From Octopus sinensis (Eukaryota): 64,000 nucleotides of DNA. The translations under genes were made by a program, and so were the position numbers. The notes below the pieces were generated by a model. That model was not told the origin of the DNA. It saw only the letters and a list, made by a program, of their open reading frames with translations, and searched no databases. Location: the NCBI RefSeq assembly GCF_006345805.1, contig NC_043000.1, positions 158,658,001 through 158,722,000 of the forward strand, in the 5' to 3' direction. Below, piece by piece: positions 42,224 to 54,818 of this stretch (position 1 is its first letter; each line of letters opens with the position of its first letter).

Positions 42224-42296
42224 GGCGGTGCCCCAGCATGGCCACAGCTCGTGAGCTGAAACTAGATAAAATAAAAAATAAATAAATAAATAAAAA
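42224..42296 (+). mobile_element. Isolated SINE/LINE 3' tail with stem-loop and (TAAA)n end
   Basis: GGCGGTGCCCCAGCATGGCCACAGCTCGTGAGCTGAAAC is homologous to the family A tail. Confidence 0.7.
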
Positions 42297-43174
42297 TATA
42301 TATTTTATATATATATATAGTGTAATAAATAAAATATATGCATACATACAAACATATATGTACGTACCTACATCTACATGTATATATACATGCATATATA
42401 AATATATGTATACGTAAGTACAGAACACCACAAAAAGACTTAGAACTCGACAGAAACGAAAACGGAAAAGCCATTTTTTCTTACAACAGAAAGACAGAGA
42501 CGTGGAACAGGACGAGAACGAAAACGGGAAAAACATTATTTACAACAGAAAAACAAGGTACAGGACAAGCTACACAAGAGAAATCCCCAATCATCAGCTG
42601 TCGCTAGTAGACTTAGCGTGTTTCGAAGGCAAGACAGGACACGACTCGTCAATACTAGGCCTTCCTGCGAGAGAATTAAAATAAAATAACCTCGCAGAGG
42701 GGTAAAACAAGCACGAAAAAAATGTAACACAAACAGAACGTAACAATAAAACTGCACAATAAAATACATGATCAAAATACATGTACAAGAAAATACAAAA
42801 CGAGAAATAAAATACAATACGAGAAATCAAAATAAACAAGAAAACAAACGAGAAAAACAAACGAAAGCCCTTTGTTCTGGCTGGGACGGAAGAGGTTCTG
42901 GCAAGCGCATGGAAACATGACTTTACGATTTCAAGCCGTAATATAATATAATGTCTAAAATTTGATGAACCACCTCTTGATCCCCTCCATTTTCTTATTG
43001 CTGTATAAATTATTCGTTACCCTCATCCATTTAGTGCATTCGGTAATGTAGTTGCAATGCTATAAAAACACTTGTTTATTGATAATTGGATATTCTACTA
43101 GCAGTATAGTGGATAGATATTATCCGGTAGTTGGTTGGATTCACATCTGACTTTCTTGGAATCATATATATATA

Positions 43175-43205
<31 letters not shown>

Positions 43206-43260
43206 GTATATGTGTGTGTATTATATAAATATTATATATATATACATGTTATATATAAAG

Positions 43261-43302
<42 letters not shown>

Positions 43303-43848
43303 ATATATTTACAAGTATGTATGCATGTATGTATATATGCACACACATGTATTGTCGTCACTTAGAATCAGAATGCTGAGATTCTTCTCAAACACAAGAC
43401 GATGATTTTTAGCCAGCAGGCTGTAATGGATAATATTACATCAACGATGCTTGATACCTCCTACGCAGACTAATGATTCCGCCTTCCAAAACTCACTTAA
43501 TCCAATAATATCTCATGGCTAGTCTGATAAATTATTGGTTCATTTAATAAAATACCTCTAATTTCAAACCAAGATACAGAAAGGACATTCGAGATTATTT
43601 CATCAGTTTTTAATCAATAGCTTTCGAATGAAACTAACACCGGAAGTCTCCTTATATTTGATTAGTGTTTTTCTCTCTACCTGGTTTATGCTAACTCCTA
43701 CACACCTAGTTAAATTGCATGCTTCCTACCCCATACTTTTTCTCTCACATATATAAGCATAACAGTTGACACCATAAAAATTGACACACACAACACACAC
43801 CCACAACACATACACAACACACACACAAACACACACACACACACACAT

Positions 43849-43919
<71 letters not shown>

Positions 43920-43970
43920 AGCGCTTCTCTCTTGTCAATATACACAAAAAAAGTAAAGCTATCATCTTCA

Positions 43971-44010
43971 AATTTGGTATGAAAGGCCCTTAGACCTTTC
44001 ATACCAAATT
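43971..44010. repeat. Perfect 16-bp inverted repeat with 8-nt loop
   Basis: AATTTGGTATGAAAGG-CCCTTAGA-CCTTTCATACCAAATT. Confidence 0.92.
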
Positions 44011-44334
44011 CGTTGTCTTAAATTTCGTCCTATGTTTTTTTAGGGGACAGGAGTTAGTCTTCATTCAATGTAGTTTTGGTTGCTTACGAAAAATATACGG
44101 TTGATAATGCAGTATGCGTGTGTGACCTGCTGTTGTTAGTGTGATAGCATGTGCGTTCACCCCTTTCTCTCTCATTTATTGACGTAATGTGAAAGGACAG
44201 GAAATACCCTGTACATGGTTAGCGCTGTAGCTAGAAATAGCAACCAAATGACATCATATATATTCTTCCTCCCTCTGCCTCTGTTTGTCTATCTCTCTCT
44301 GTTTCACCCTCTCTCTATTTTCCCCTTCTCCCTT

Positions 44335-44387
<53 letters not shown>

Positions 44388-44781
44388 ATCTGGATTCTAT
44401 CTCAAATGTTACTACACGAGATCGTGTGGTACTATGACATTAAAGCATACTGCACGTCTTTTTTTTATTGGTATGATGACCATTCCGAAATACAACAATA
44501 CATTGCAAATAGTTTTGAGTAAATGCAGCAATCAGTTGGTATCGGACAGTTGTTCCGGTAGTTAGTGTCGAACTGTTGATGCAATAGTTAGTGTCGGGCG
44601 GTTGATGTGAATAGAATAGGCGACGTGACAATTGATATTAGTCGGTTGATGTGAACATTTGTTCCGAGTTCTATTTTCTACTAAACAAGTTCGTTTGATT
44701 GGCTGGCGTGCCATTTCCGAGCTATTGACTTGACTGTGGAATCCGTGTTGATGGTATCAGGAGGCTGCAGTGTGCAACGAT

Positions 44782-44838
<57 letters not shown>

Positions 44839-45094
44839 CACACACACACACACACACAGACACACATATATATATACAAATATATACGCATACATATATG
44901 TACTTGCATATATATATATATATATATATATACACATGCATATATGGGCACAGGACACCACAGAACGTAAACAACATCAAATACAAAAACATGGAATACG
45001 AACTTTTTTTGCGAACAATGAGAGAAACAAATGGAAAACAAAAGAAGCAACATAAGAAACGACTCTACATCAGTTGTCGGTTGTTTTTCTACTT

Positions 45095-45146
45095 CGTATT
45101 TCGAGCAATTAAAGACGAGATATATCTCTGTGTGTGTGTATGCATG

Positions 45147-45201
<55 letters not shown>

Positions 45202-45380
45202 ATATACATATGTGTGTGTGTGTCTGTGTGTCTGTGTTTGTTCCTCACCATCACTTCCGCGGAGGAACTGTTTTGTCGAAATCGTATCTTGTCTTTAATT
45301 GCTCGAAATACGATTTCGATAAAACAGTTCCTCCGCGGAAGTGATGGTGAGGAACAAACACAGACACACACACATATATA
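45095..45380. repeat. Overlapping inverted repeats (local inverted duplication)
   Basis: 45285-45312 is the reverse complement of 45095-45123. About 45225-45287 is the reverse complement of 45308-45370, with 1 mismatch in about 60 bp. Confidence 0.88.
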
Positions 45381-45471
45381 TGTATATATATATATATAAT
45401 ATATATATATATATAATAATATATATATATAAATATACATACATACACACACACAGATATATATATATATG

Positions 45472-45509
<38 letters not shown>

Positions 45510-46429
45510 TATATATAATATATATATATATTATATATATATATATATACATATATTACATACATACACATATATATACATAAACATACACAAGTATACT
45601 ACAAATATGGTTGATTTAAATCTGGAGCAAAGGATGGCAAACAGATTTATATATGCGAATTGCTGCTTGTGCGTATCGTTCATTGTAGTTTGTGCTGCAG
45701 ATATATTTATGATTTAAGTAAGTTTTCATGTTGTTCATAAATGCATTTATTTTGATTCTCTAAAATTTCTCATCTTTGATTCTCTAAAACACATACATTT
45801 ATATACTATAATGTTTTAGCGAATAGGCCTATTTCCAAATTTTGACCAAAAAAGAAAAAAGAGGCTGTTACGAAAGATCGAAATAGTATCTTCGATTAAT
45901 ATTAGTGCTTATATCATTGAGATATATCAACACTGAGAAATAAAAGTAAAAAAAAAATATATATCTTCCTGACCTTGTTCTTGAAATTAGAAGTCAGGGG
46001 GCTGTATTGCGTTTCATCCGGCGCTCTACTGGCCCAGCCACTTCTATCAACTTAATCTGCATAACTATACGGTAATAAAAGAAAAGCAAATATTATGAAT
46101 CAAGAATCTGGAAGTCTGCCAGCTCGAAGAACCATTTGGATTTGGCACGAAGAATATATCCGCAATCCTTCAGTTGAGAAAATTCAGGAAAGTTTTTATT
46201 AAACACGTGTCTTCGTCTAGAGAAACATATGCGATGATGGTAGTGGTATTTGTGATGCTGACAATTGTAGTGGTAGTGGTAGTAGTGGTGGTAGTAGTTG
46301 TTTTTGCTTTTTCGTGTCTGAAGTGTTGATGTCGGTGTTTTGAGAACTAATTTTGTGTAATGAAGTGGGAGCTGAAGAAGAGCAGGGGCTTTTATTGATG
46401 ATGTAAGGAAGGTCATGGTGTTACCAGAG

Positions 46430-46560
46430 ATGGTGGTGGTGGTGGTGGTGGTGGTATTCGCCGATAATGGTAGTGGTATCGGTTCTGATGCTGTTAATTC
46501 TCATGATCTTGTTTTTTGAATATTGTATTAGATTTAAGGTGTTCGCAGCAGCTGGTGGTT

Positions 46561-46611
<51 letters not shown>

Positions 46612-46896
46612 AGGAAGAGGACGGGGGAGAGGAATAAAAGGAGAAGGAGGAGAAGGAAGAGATGGACGAAGGGGAGGAATAGAAAGAGGAGGGGTTGTTG
46701 CACATGCAACCGCAGTTGTAGTCGTACAGGTAATATTTTGTAGCAGCAGCAGCAATAGTAGTGGGGGGTGCTAGTAGTAGTAGTAGTAGTAGTAGTAGTA
46801 ATTGTGGTGGTGGTGGTATTGGTAGTAGTAGTAGTAGTAGTCGCGGTGGTGGTGGTGGTGGTAGTGGTGGTGGTGGTGGTGGTGGTGGTGGTGGTG

Positions 46897-46954
<58 letters not shown>

Positions 46955-46955
46955 A
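46430..46955. repeat. Compound trinucleotide microsatellite cluster (GGT)n/(AGT)n/(GGA)n
   Basis: Direct reading; source of the poly-V/poly-G/poly-S ORFs. Confidence 0.95.
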
Positions 46956-47267
46956 AATAGAGAGGCTGTTGCTATAGCTACTTGTTACAGTTTTGTTCCG
47001 ATGTCTCGATGCTGATATTGATACTGTTTCGGTTGATGTGACCCATAATTCGTTTCACGCCCTACTTTTATACCAGTTGTACTACCTATTGTTGCTATTG
47101 TTAGTCATCGTAACTTCAGTGGTGATCGTAATGATGATATATCAATATTGGTGCGACTGGAAGGTAATAGCAATACTAATACTTCAGGTGGTGTTAATGA
47201 TACCAGCTCTGTCAGTGGTTGTTTTCTATGTATTTTTAGATGTAAAACATAATAGATACATTATTAT

Positions 47268-47680
47268 TTTATTCTCTTATTGCTTTACATGTTTCAGTCA
47301 TGTGACTGTGGCCATGCTGGGGCAAGCCTTAAAGGTTTTTTATTATCGAAGAAATCGACGCCACGATTTATTCTTTGTAAGCCTAGTACTTACTTTATCG
47401 GTGTCTTTTGCCGAGCCGCTAAGTTACGCGGACAGTAACACACCAACATCGGTTGTCAGACGATAGTGGAGTGAGGGCGGCAAACACAGACACACATACA
47501 TATAAAAATATTTATATCCACGGGCTTCTTTCAGTTTCGGTCTACCAAATCCACTCACAAGTCTTTGGTCGGCCCGAGTCTGTAGTAGAAGACACTTGTC
47601 CAAGGTTTCACACAGTGAGATTGAACCTAGTATCATACGGTTGCGAAGCAAGCTTCTTACCACACATCCACGTCTGCGCC
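47268..47680 (-). mobile_element. SINE family A, full length, more diverged
   Basis: Reverse complement aligns head-to-tail with 30897-31340. Confidence 0.88.
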
Positions 47681-48939
47681 GGTTTTTTTACTACTCACCC
47701 ACGCCTGCTCGTAAAATTATTATTACGCTTATGCTTCACAAGATAATAGTTAAAACTATACATATATTACTGATGTTTTATTATTGTTGATCTCCATTTA
47801 CTGAAATTTTCCCTGCATATGCATTGCCTAAAAATGAATTCAGAACCTAAAATATAAGGAACGTTTTTAATTCAGAATGAGAGAACACATTTGGTTTTGC
47901 ATATTATTTAGTGTTCTATGCAACATTGCTAGTAACTTCCGACTGCAGGCGGAGAGCCCAAATAATCTAGTATGTCACAGACTTTAGATTGAGTTAAAAG
48001 ACATCCGAAGGAAACTTATGTAAAAATACAAATAGAGATATGTAAATATGTAGAAATTCGTGGACGTGAACTTATGTAAATATACTAATATTATTCTATG
48101 TTTTCTGACACTATCCGTAATAAAATCCAAGCATATTAATCTAGTTGCATATACACATCTTTATTCCAAATATACAAGTAGCGTTTTTTGTTATGATATC
48201 CGGAAGCACATGTATTGGATTCGGGTAATTATTTACTTTTATACAGTGGGACCGAATCGCTATACTTGATCATTATAGTCCAGATTGTCTGGTTTATGTT
48301 TATTTTAATCAATGTGATAGTTTCCTATGTTATCTTACAAAAATCTAAACTAATTTCCAGCAAGAAATATTTTACTGCAGTGAGAATTGATTTATTATAA
48401 TTTTTATTTGTACATTACACAATTATATTTTGACTATGAAAAATTATTACCCCTTTTCAGTAGTGAGTTATGCAGAATAAAATGTTAGCTCATGACACTT
48501 CATGCTCAGACCATGTCCAAAGTATTTGATGTCATTTATATATGTTCGTATGTTTTTATGTCATTTCCACTGCACACGTAAAAAATGCATTAACTTTATA
48601 TCCTTAACATGGCTCTCTTGATAGATAAGAACACATAGCGCGTAAATTAAAATTGACCAATATTAATAATAACCTTCTTGGAATTTTATTGATATTTAAT
48701 AGTCAGTTTTGCTTTGTATGGAAATAAATTTTAGGTGTTTGACACATGAACTGAGTTAATGGAATGGAGGGCGTGCCACTTGATTTGTCTCATATTGCTG
48801 TTTACCGTAGTAAAAAATGCACGTCAAACTCTAAATATTCATGTCTTTTATCCATGTGCATATCAGTGTTTGCGTATGTGCGTAGTATGTGCGTATGCGT
48901 GTGTTGTATGTGTAGTGTGTGTGTGTGTGTGTGTATGTG

Positions 48940-48974
<35 letters not shown>

Positions 48975-49279
48975 CGTGTTTGAGTTGATCAACAGCTACT
49001 TTTACATTTTTGTTTTATTCTCCTAATTCCACATGTCCTTTTAATCGGGCTTCCAAATTCTCTCATCGGCAATGCCCATATTGTTCTTTCCCAGCACACA
49101 CATTCGTTCAGATCCGGGGAGAGAGAAAAGTCTCCTTCTCTATCTCGTTTTCTCTGGAGACTCAGCGATTCAAACAGACGGTGCCCAACTGATCGTACAA
49201 AGCTGTGAATGAAAAACAAACAATGCACAATCGCGAAATGAAAAATATAAAATGGCAATAATTTACCCTTCACTCCCTG

Positions 49280-49495
49280 TATGGAGTCGTGGTTAGGGCG
49301 TTGCACTTACAATCTAGCGATCGTCAGTTCAATTCCTAGACCGGGTGATACGTTGTGTTCTTGAGCAATACACTTTTGATGCGTAGCACACCGTAGACCT
49401 ATTTAGGGAACGTCGATTTAATCGAGAGTGTGATCTAATATGCGGCACGAACATCTGATCACTAGAAACAAATCGTTTGTGCAGGACGATATTCT
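49280..49495 (+). mobile_element. Degenerate tRNA-derived SINE
   Basis: TGGAGTCGTGGTTAGGGCG (A box), CAGTTCAATTCCTAGACCGGG (B box), TGTGTTCTTGAGCAATACACTT core-like sequence. Confidence 0.6.
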
Positions 49496-50398
49496 ATAAT
49501 TTTATAATTTGAGTTTTAATTTTACTTAGGTGCTTTTTCAAATCCTTATGTTTGTTTTCATTTAAGGATTTGAATCGGCCCCGTTAATGCAAACTATACA
49601 CGAAAAATTTTCCACTTTAGACTACCACCACTTCATTTTATTAATAATTGATTAATGTAAAAGTATTTAACGAATCCTGTTTCTTAAGCAGATATTGTGT
49701 TTTTTCTTAGAAGGATTCGGTTAGAAATTCTAGCAGATTATACATCTAAGTAATATCGACCGCGTTGACCTTTTCATTTGCACAGATGTTGCTTTCATTC
49801 CCGTTCAATTAGATGTGCGATATTTTCTTCGCCTATTTCCTCGAAGCTGTCGTCATTGCTGCCTGAGTCTTATCTTTCACCGACGACCTATACCGTTATC
49901 ACCCGGCATCATCAAGAAAATCGACACAACATTGAGAACAAAACATCATTAAAAGGAAACATTTTCTGAAAGACAGACCGTTAGTTGGAATTGCTCGGTC
50001 AAAAAAAAAAGGCATTTTAGCGCACTGCTGCCTGGGTATGCAATACTCTTATTTCGATAAGCTTTAAAGTTGCTCATTTGCCCATAGCAGAGTGTTGATA
50101 TAAAGATATCTGCATGTAATCAGTTGTAGATGGCGGAGAATGTACGTGCATGTCGATGTGTGAATATTTATGTTTATGCGTGTGTAATATGAGACTATTA
50201 GGGACAATGTGTGTGTGTACGCAAGCGCACACTATTAAGATATAGATAATCTTTTTATGGACTCATTATGAAGGCTTAGTCGTAAAAGTTATAGTTTTGT
50301 TTTCAGTTCAGCTCTTTATTCAATCAACAAACAATTTATAAATAGAAATATTAATGTTTCTAAGTCTCTCTAAAGGAGACTACGGCAGCGGTACTGGA

Positions 50399-50616
50399 TA
50401 TTAATAATGATCGCCAAGCTAAAATAGCAGTCCCGAAATATAGGACGAATACTGCCGTTGATTAGCTTCAAGAGGCCATCGCCTCTAGCTAGCTATGTGA
50501 CATACGAACCTGTGTCCATTATAACCTTCGAACAGGGGAGGTCAGCCGCTTCCCCTTGCTAAGCATTCGTCCTATATTTCGGGACTGCCGTATTAGCTTG
50601 GCGATAACTATTAATA
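50399..50616. repeat. 218-bp unit with about 55-bp terminal inverted repeats (MITE-like or inverted PLE termini)
   Basis: TATTAATAATGATCGCCAAGCTAAAATAGCAGTCCCGAAATATAGGACGAATACT matches the reverse complement of 50562-50616. Confidence 0.8.
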
Positions 50617-51477
50617 AACAATTTATAATTTGTCTAAAATTGCTAAATTGCTTAGATAATACTCTAAACTCTTTAAATAAGATGCAATAACACACGGAAA
50701 TCGCACCGCTAGAGAAGAGGAATTTTATTTTCATCATAATAACAGGATATATTTTGAAATAGAACTTTTTTTTCCATATGCTGAGGAGCATAAAGAGTAG
50801 AGTGATAAGACAGGAAAATATATATTACAAATATTTTCTTATAGCACAATATTTCAACTTCAAGATCACTGTAGGGTGCAGAGCCATTTTTAAATGTAGC
50901 TGATTAATGATGAGAAGAAAGATAAGTCGGAAATAATGCAAGTATTAATAATAACGACTACGAGAACGACGACGACGAAGATGATGATGATGATGACGAC
51001 TGCGACGACGACGATGAAAATGTAGCGGCGATGACAATGATGTTCATTAAATCGAATATGAAAATAAAATAGCTACACACACACAAACACACATACATAC
51101 GCGCACACACATTAATACCAAGTAAAAAAATCATAAAATTAATCAATCATAAATGAAGTAATTAAAAGACATGAAACATGAATTTCTCTTTAAAGACGAT
51201 ATCGATCTTCCCAATAGGGTAAATCGTTAATATAGGAACAAGGAAATGTGATTATATCAAATGAGTCTCACTGTCATTTGAGAAACCGTCAGTTAACGTG
51301 TGGGCAATATAATGAAGACAAGGAAATCGATAAATACATACACATGCACGCCCATACATAGATAAACACACACACGCTACGTATGTACGTCAGCTGCACG
51401 CGTATATATACATGTATATACACACACAAATATGTGTGTACACATGTAAATATATATCTACATATATATATATGTGC

Positions 51478-51525
<48 letters not shown>

Positions 51526-51822
51526 CATGTATGCATGTATGATGGCATACATATATGTAACTCGAGGTATTGTGTCAATATTCATGTAAGTCTGTTTAAC
51601 AAATACATATAGTCAACGTGTGTAGCTTAGTCAAATTCGATGCAGCGTCAGTGATATATACATATATATGTATGTGGGGGTGTGCGAGTGTTTGTATGCG
51701 TAGATATAAATACATGTGTATATATACAAATGCATATATATGTATATATATACATAATTATCTATATACTACAATATTTACGTCATATACATACAGAAAT
51801 ACATACATTTCTCTGTCTATGT

Positions 51823-51892
<70 letters not shown>

Positions 51893-52189
51893 TATAAATA
51901 GATGAGTGTATTTTTACCTTGTTAACAATTAACAAGGAAAAATAAATAAATAGTTACCTAGGCAGCAACAATCTCACAAGTAAAGATGTAACTCCTTGTT
52001 TATGATTTTTTACTTGGTATTAATGTGCGTGCGCGTATGTATGTGTGTTTGTGTGTGTAAAAATACTTGTTTAAACCTGCGTTAACACCATTTTTTATTT
52101 ATATATATATATATATATATACGACACGAAGACATATATATATATATATATATGTCATATGTGTGTGTGTGTATGTACGCGTGTATGTG

Positions 52190-52350
52190 TCTTCGTGTCT
52201 GGTTTGACCCCCACCCCATCACCGGTTCGGTAAAAATTATTGAAAGAATAAAAATAAGTCCAGTGTTCAAATTATTCTACTAAAAACCCAAAACGGGTAC
52301 TCCAGCATAGCCTCAGTCAACTCACTGAAACAAGTAAAAGAAAGAATAAA
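52190..52350 (+). mobile_element. SINE family A, 3' half, degenerate
   Basis: CGGTTCGGTAAAA..GAATAA..ACTCCAGCATAGCCTCAGTCAACTCACTGAAACAAGTAAAAG. Confidence 0.7.
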
Positions 52351-52558
52351 ATAATATATATATATATATATACCAATTAAGGACTGAACACGAAAAGTGG
52401 ACAGTCAACATGCTAGATATAGACGTCTAATCGCCATTCTCCACAAAAAGTCTATGTTCTCAGATCAAACTCAACACAAATCCAAAGCAATAAACAAATG
52501 AAAAATATACGAAATAAAAAATAATAAAATAATAATTATATATATATATATATATATA

Positions 52559-53361
52559 AACATTTAAATAATGAGGGAGATAACTTGAATATTAATTTAA
52601 TTAATATCAATTTAAAACCAATACCCTAACATACAAAAATCTGAAAAATCAGAGAAAATTCTAATACATGTGTATATTTATAAGCGCTAAAAACCACTAT
52701 GTGGTCAGTCATATGCTAGAAGTAGATCACCTACGATCAAACTACCAAGAAAAGATTGTTCTCTAGAGAAAGATTCAGCGGACACCAGAACAATATGCGG
52801 GCAAGACAGATGAAAATTATATAAAGAACAAGAATTAATCGTAGACCGGCGGTTTCGCCTATTAACGAATAAATCACTTACGTAATCGTAATCGTTCGTA
52901 GGACTCGTCAGTACGATCGTTCCACAAGCAATATAATTTGTAAAACTAACCACCAATTTTCCGTATAAAAACAGACACGTGCTTAGTTCCACCGATTACA
53001 TTGAGGTTAATTTCAAATGTCGGAGTTCTGGTGCACTAAATTTCGGAAACAAAATCTGCAGTAAATAATTTACTGCAGTTAGTGCTGCCTATTAGAGAAC
53101 ATATTTATTTTAACATTTAAATAATGATGGAGATGACTTGAATATTAATTTAATTAATATCAATTTAAAACCAGTAGCCTGGCATACAAAAATCTGAAAA
53201 ATCAGAGAAAATTCTAATTCATGTGTATATTTATAAGGGCTAAAAACCACTATGTGGTCAGTCATACGCTAGAAGTAGATAACCTACGATCAAACTACAA
53301 AGAAAAGAATGTTCTCTAGAGAAAGATTCAGCGGACATCAGAACAATATGCGGGCAAGACA
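52559..53361 (-). repeat. Partial tandem duplication: two 250-bp direct repeats (52559-52808, 53112-53361; period 553 bp) flanking a hammerhead-bearing spacer; PLE pseudo-LTR-like
   Basis: Both copies read AACATTTAAATAATGA..GGGCAAGACA, roughly 93-95% identity by eye. Confidence 0.9.
52837..52918 (-). ncRNA. Type-I hammerhead ribozyme, canonical core
   Basis: GATCGTA-CTGACGA-[G(T)CCTA..46-nt stem/loop II..TAGGC]-GAAA-CCGCCGG-TC-TACGATT: 7-bp stem I, GUC triplet, predicted cleavage between 52844 and 52843. Confidence 0.85.
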
Positions 53362-53746
53362 TATTCGAAAATACATGTTAAATTCAAAGTTCACAGAATG
53401 TTCACTAAATATTTTTTTTAAATGTATAATGTATCAATGAAGAATATTTAGGGACACAGGCACATCGTACCTATTATTTTGTGACAGGTATAAGCTCTCA
53501 CTTTTAATGTAAAGAAATATATCCCTTAGAATATGTATTGAACACTTTTTTCACATTCTTCGGATATTGCAACGTATGTTTGTTTGCGTGCGCGTGTGTG
53601 TGTGTGTGTTCTTTTTTTGTGTGCTTGTAATATAATGTACTATATATATCTGTACGTCCATAGGAATTTTGTAACTATAGCAATCTATATATATATATAT
53701 TATACCTCACCCTCTCTCTCTCCCTAACACACACACATACATACCC

Positions 53747-53790
<44 letters not shown>

Positions 53791-53820
53791 ACGAGAAAGA
53801 AGCAACAAGAATGGATTAGT

Positions 53821-53911
53821 TTTTAGTACAATTGTTTCATACAAAGACAGGCTTTATTACAAGTTGCAAAAATTGCAGCAGATAAAAGTGTCCCGTACTC
53901 ATCAGCTAAAA
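53821..53911 (-). ncRNA. Type-I hammerhead ribozyme (minus-strand copy in the left arm)
   Basis: Mirror image of 53942-54032; core and stems I and III are identical. Confidence 0.78.
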
Positions 53912-53941
53912 TACATATGATATTTGGAGAACTCATATGTA

Positions 53942-54032
53942 TTTTAGCTGATGAGTACGGGACACTTTTATCTGCCGCAATTTTTGCAACTTATAATAAA
54001 GCCTTTCTTTGTATGAAACAATTGTACTAAAA
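53942..54032 (+). ncRNA. Type-I hammerhead ribozyme (plus-strand copy in the right arm)
   Basis: TTTTAG-CTGATGA-[GTAC..52 nt..GTAT]-GAAA-CAATTG-TA-CTAAAA: 6-bp stem I, intact core, palindromic stem III, GUA triplet, predicted cleavage after 54026. Confidence 0.8.
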
Positions 54033-54580
54033 ACTAATCCATTCTTGTTGCTTCTTTCTCGTTTATAATCACCCCACATTACTGTATGGTTAACACCATA
54101 TAGTTTTTCTGGTGCATCTAAGTTAAGTACCACATTCAAGTAAATTCATTGGAATTTACTTAATTGCTTTGATTATATATATATATATATATATATACTA
54201 CTTCCTGTTTTGCCATTCACTTAAGAGACACCCTTAATTAAATTAAACAACACATTGATTTAATCCCATGGATCTCAATAATCCAAGGTAATTTTTTCGT
54301 GAACTATCATTAAACTCAAGATACACATAGACTTTGCATGTATTTATTATTTTTTTGCAAAAACAATGTAATTTTCTTTTTTCCCCCTCCTCAAATTGAA
54401 AAAAAAATGTTTTCTTTACAATTCTTGAAAATACACATTATGACGAAAACCAGTTTGAATTAATATATAAATATTTTATCAATTTTTCAAAGTTTTCCAT
54501 ATACCCATTTTCATTAAAATTTTCTTTCAATTTAGCATTCTGCCTTTTTATAATTTTTCCTTGCCTATATATATATATAT

Positions 54581-54643
<63 letters not shown>

Positions 54644-54683
54644 ATATATATATACATACATACATACATATATATATACTATA

Positions 54684-54721
<38 letters not shown>

Positions 54722-54738
54722 CATACATAAATACATAC

Positions 54739-54771
<33 letters not shown>

Positions 54772-54787
54772 ATATATATATATATAC

Positions 54788-54818
<31 letters not shown>

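Larger units (their letters stand above)
53790..54063. repeat. Near-perfect palindrome: 131-bp arms (53790-53920, 53933-54063), 12-nt loop, 3 mismatches
   Basis: Base-by-base manual comparison of the left arm with the reverse complement of the right arm. Confidence 0.97.

Noticed and set aside
44555-44660. Short recurring TAGTTAGTGTCG/GGTTGATGTGAA motifs resembling a CRISPR-like array
   Set aside because: Only 2-3 degenerate units with irregular spacing, in eukaryotic DNA with no cas genes; a decayed minisatellite.
46093-46230. Possible minus-strand terminal exon (RRHVFNKNFPEFSQLKDCGYILRAKSKWFFELADFQILDS*) after a TGTTTCTCTAG acceptor
   Set aside because: No recognisable homology and no upstream exon; a single acceptor is not sufficient evidence.
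46800-46910. (GGT)n as a G-quadruplex or Gly-rich coding region
   Set aside because: A simple trinucleotide microsatellite with no supporting context.
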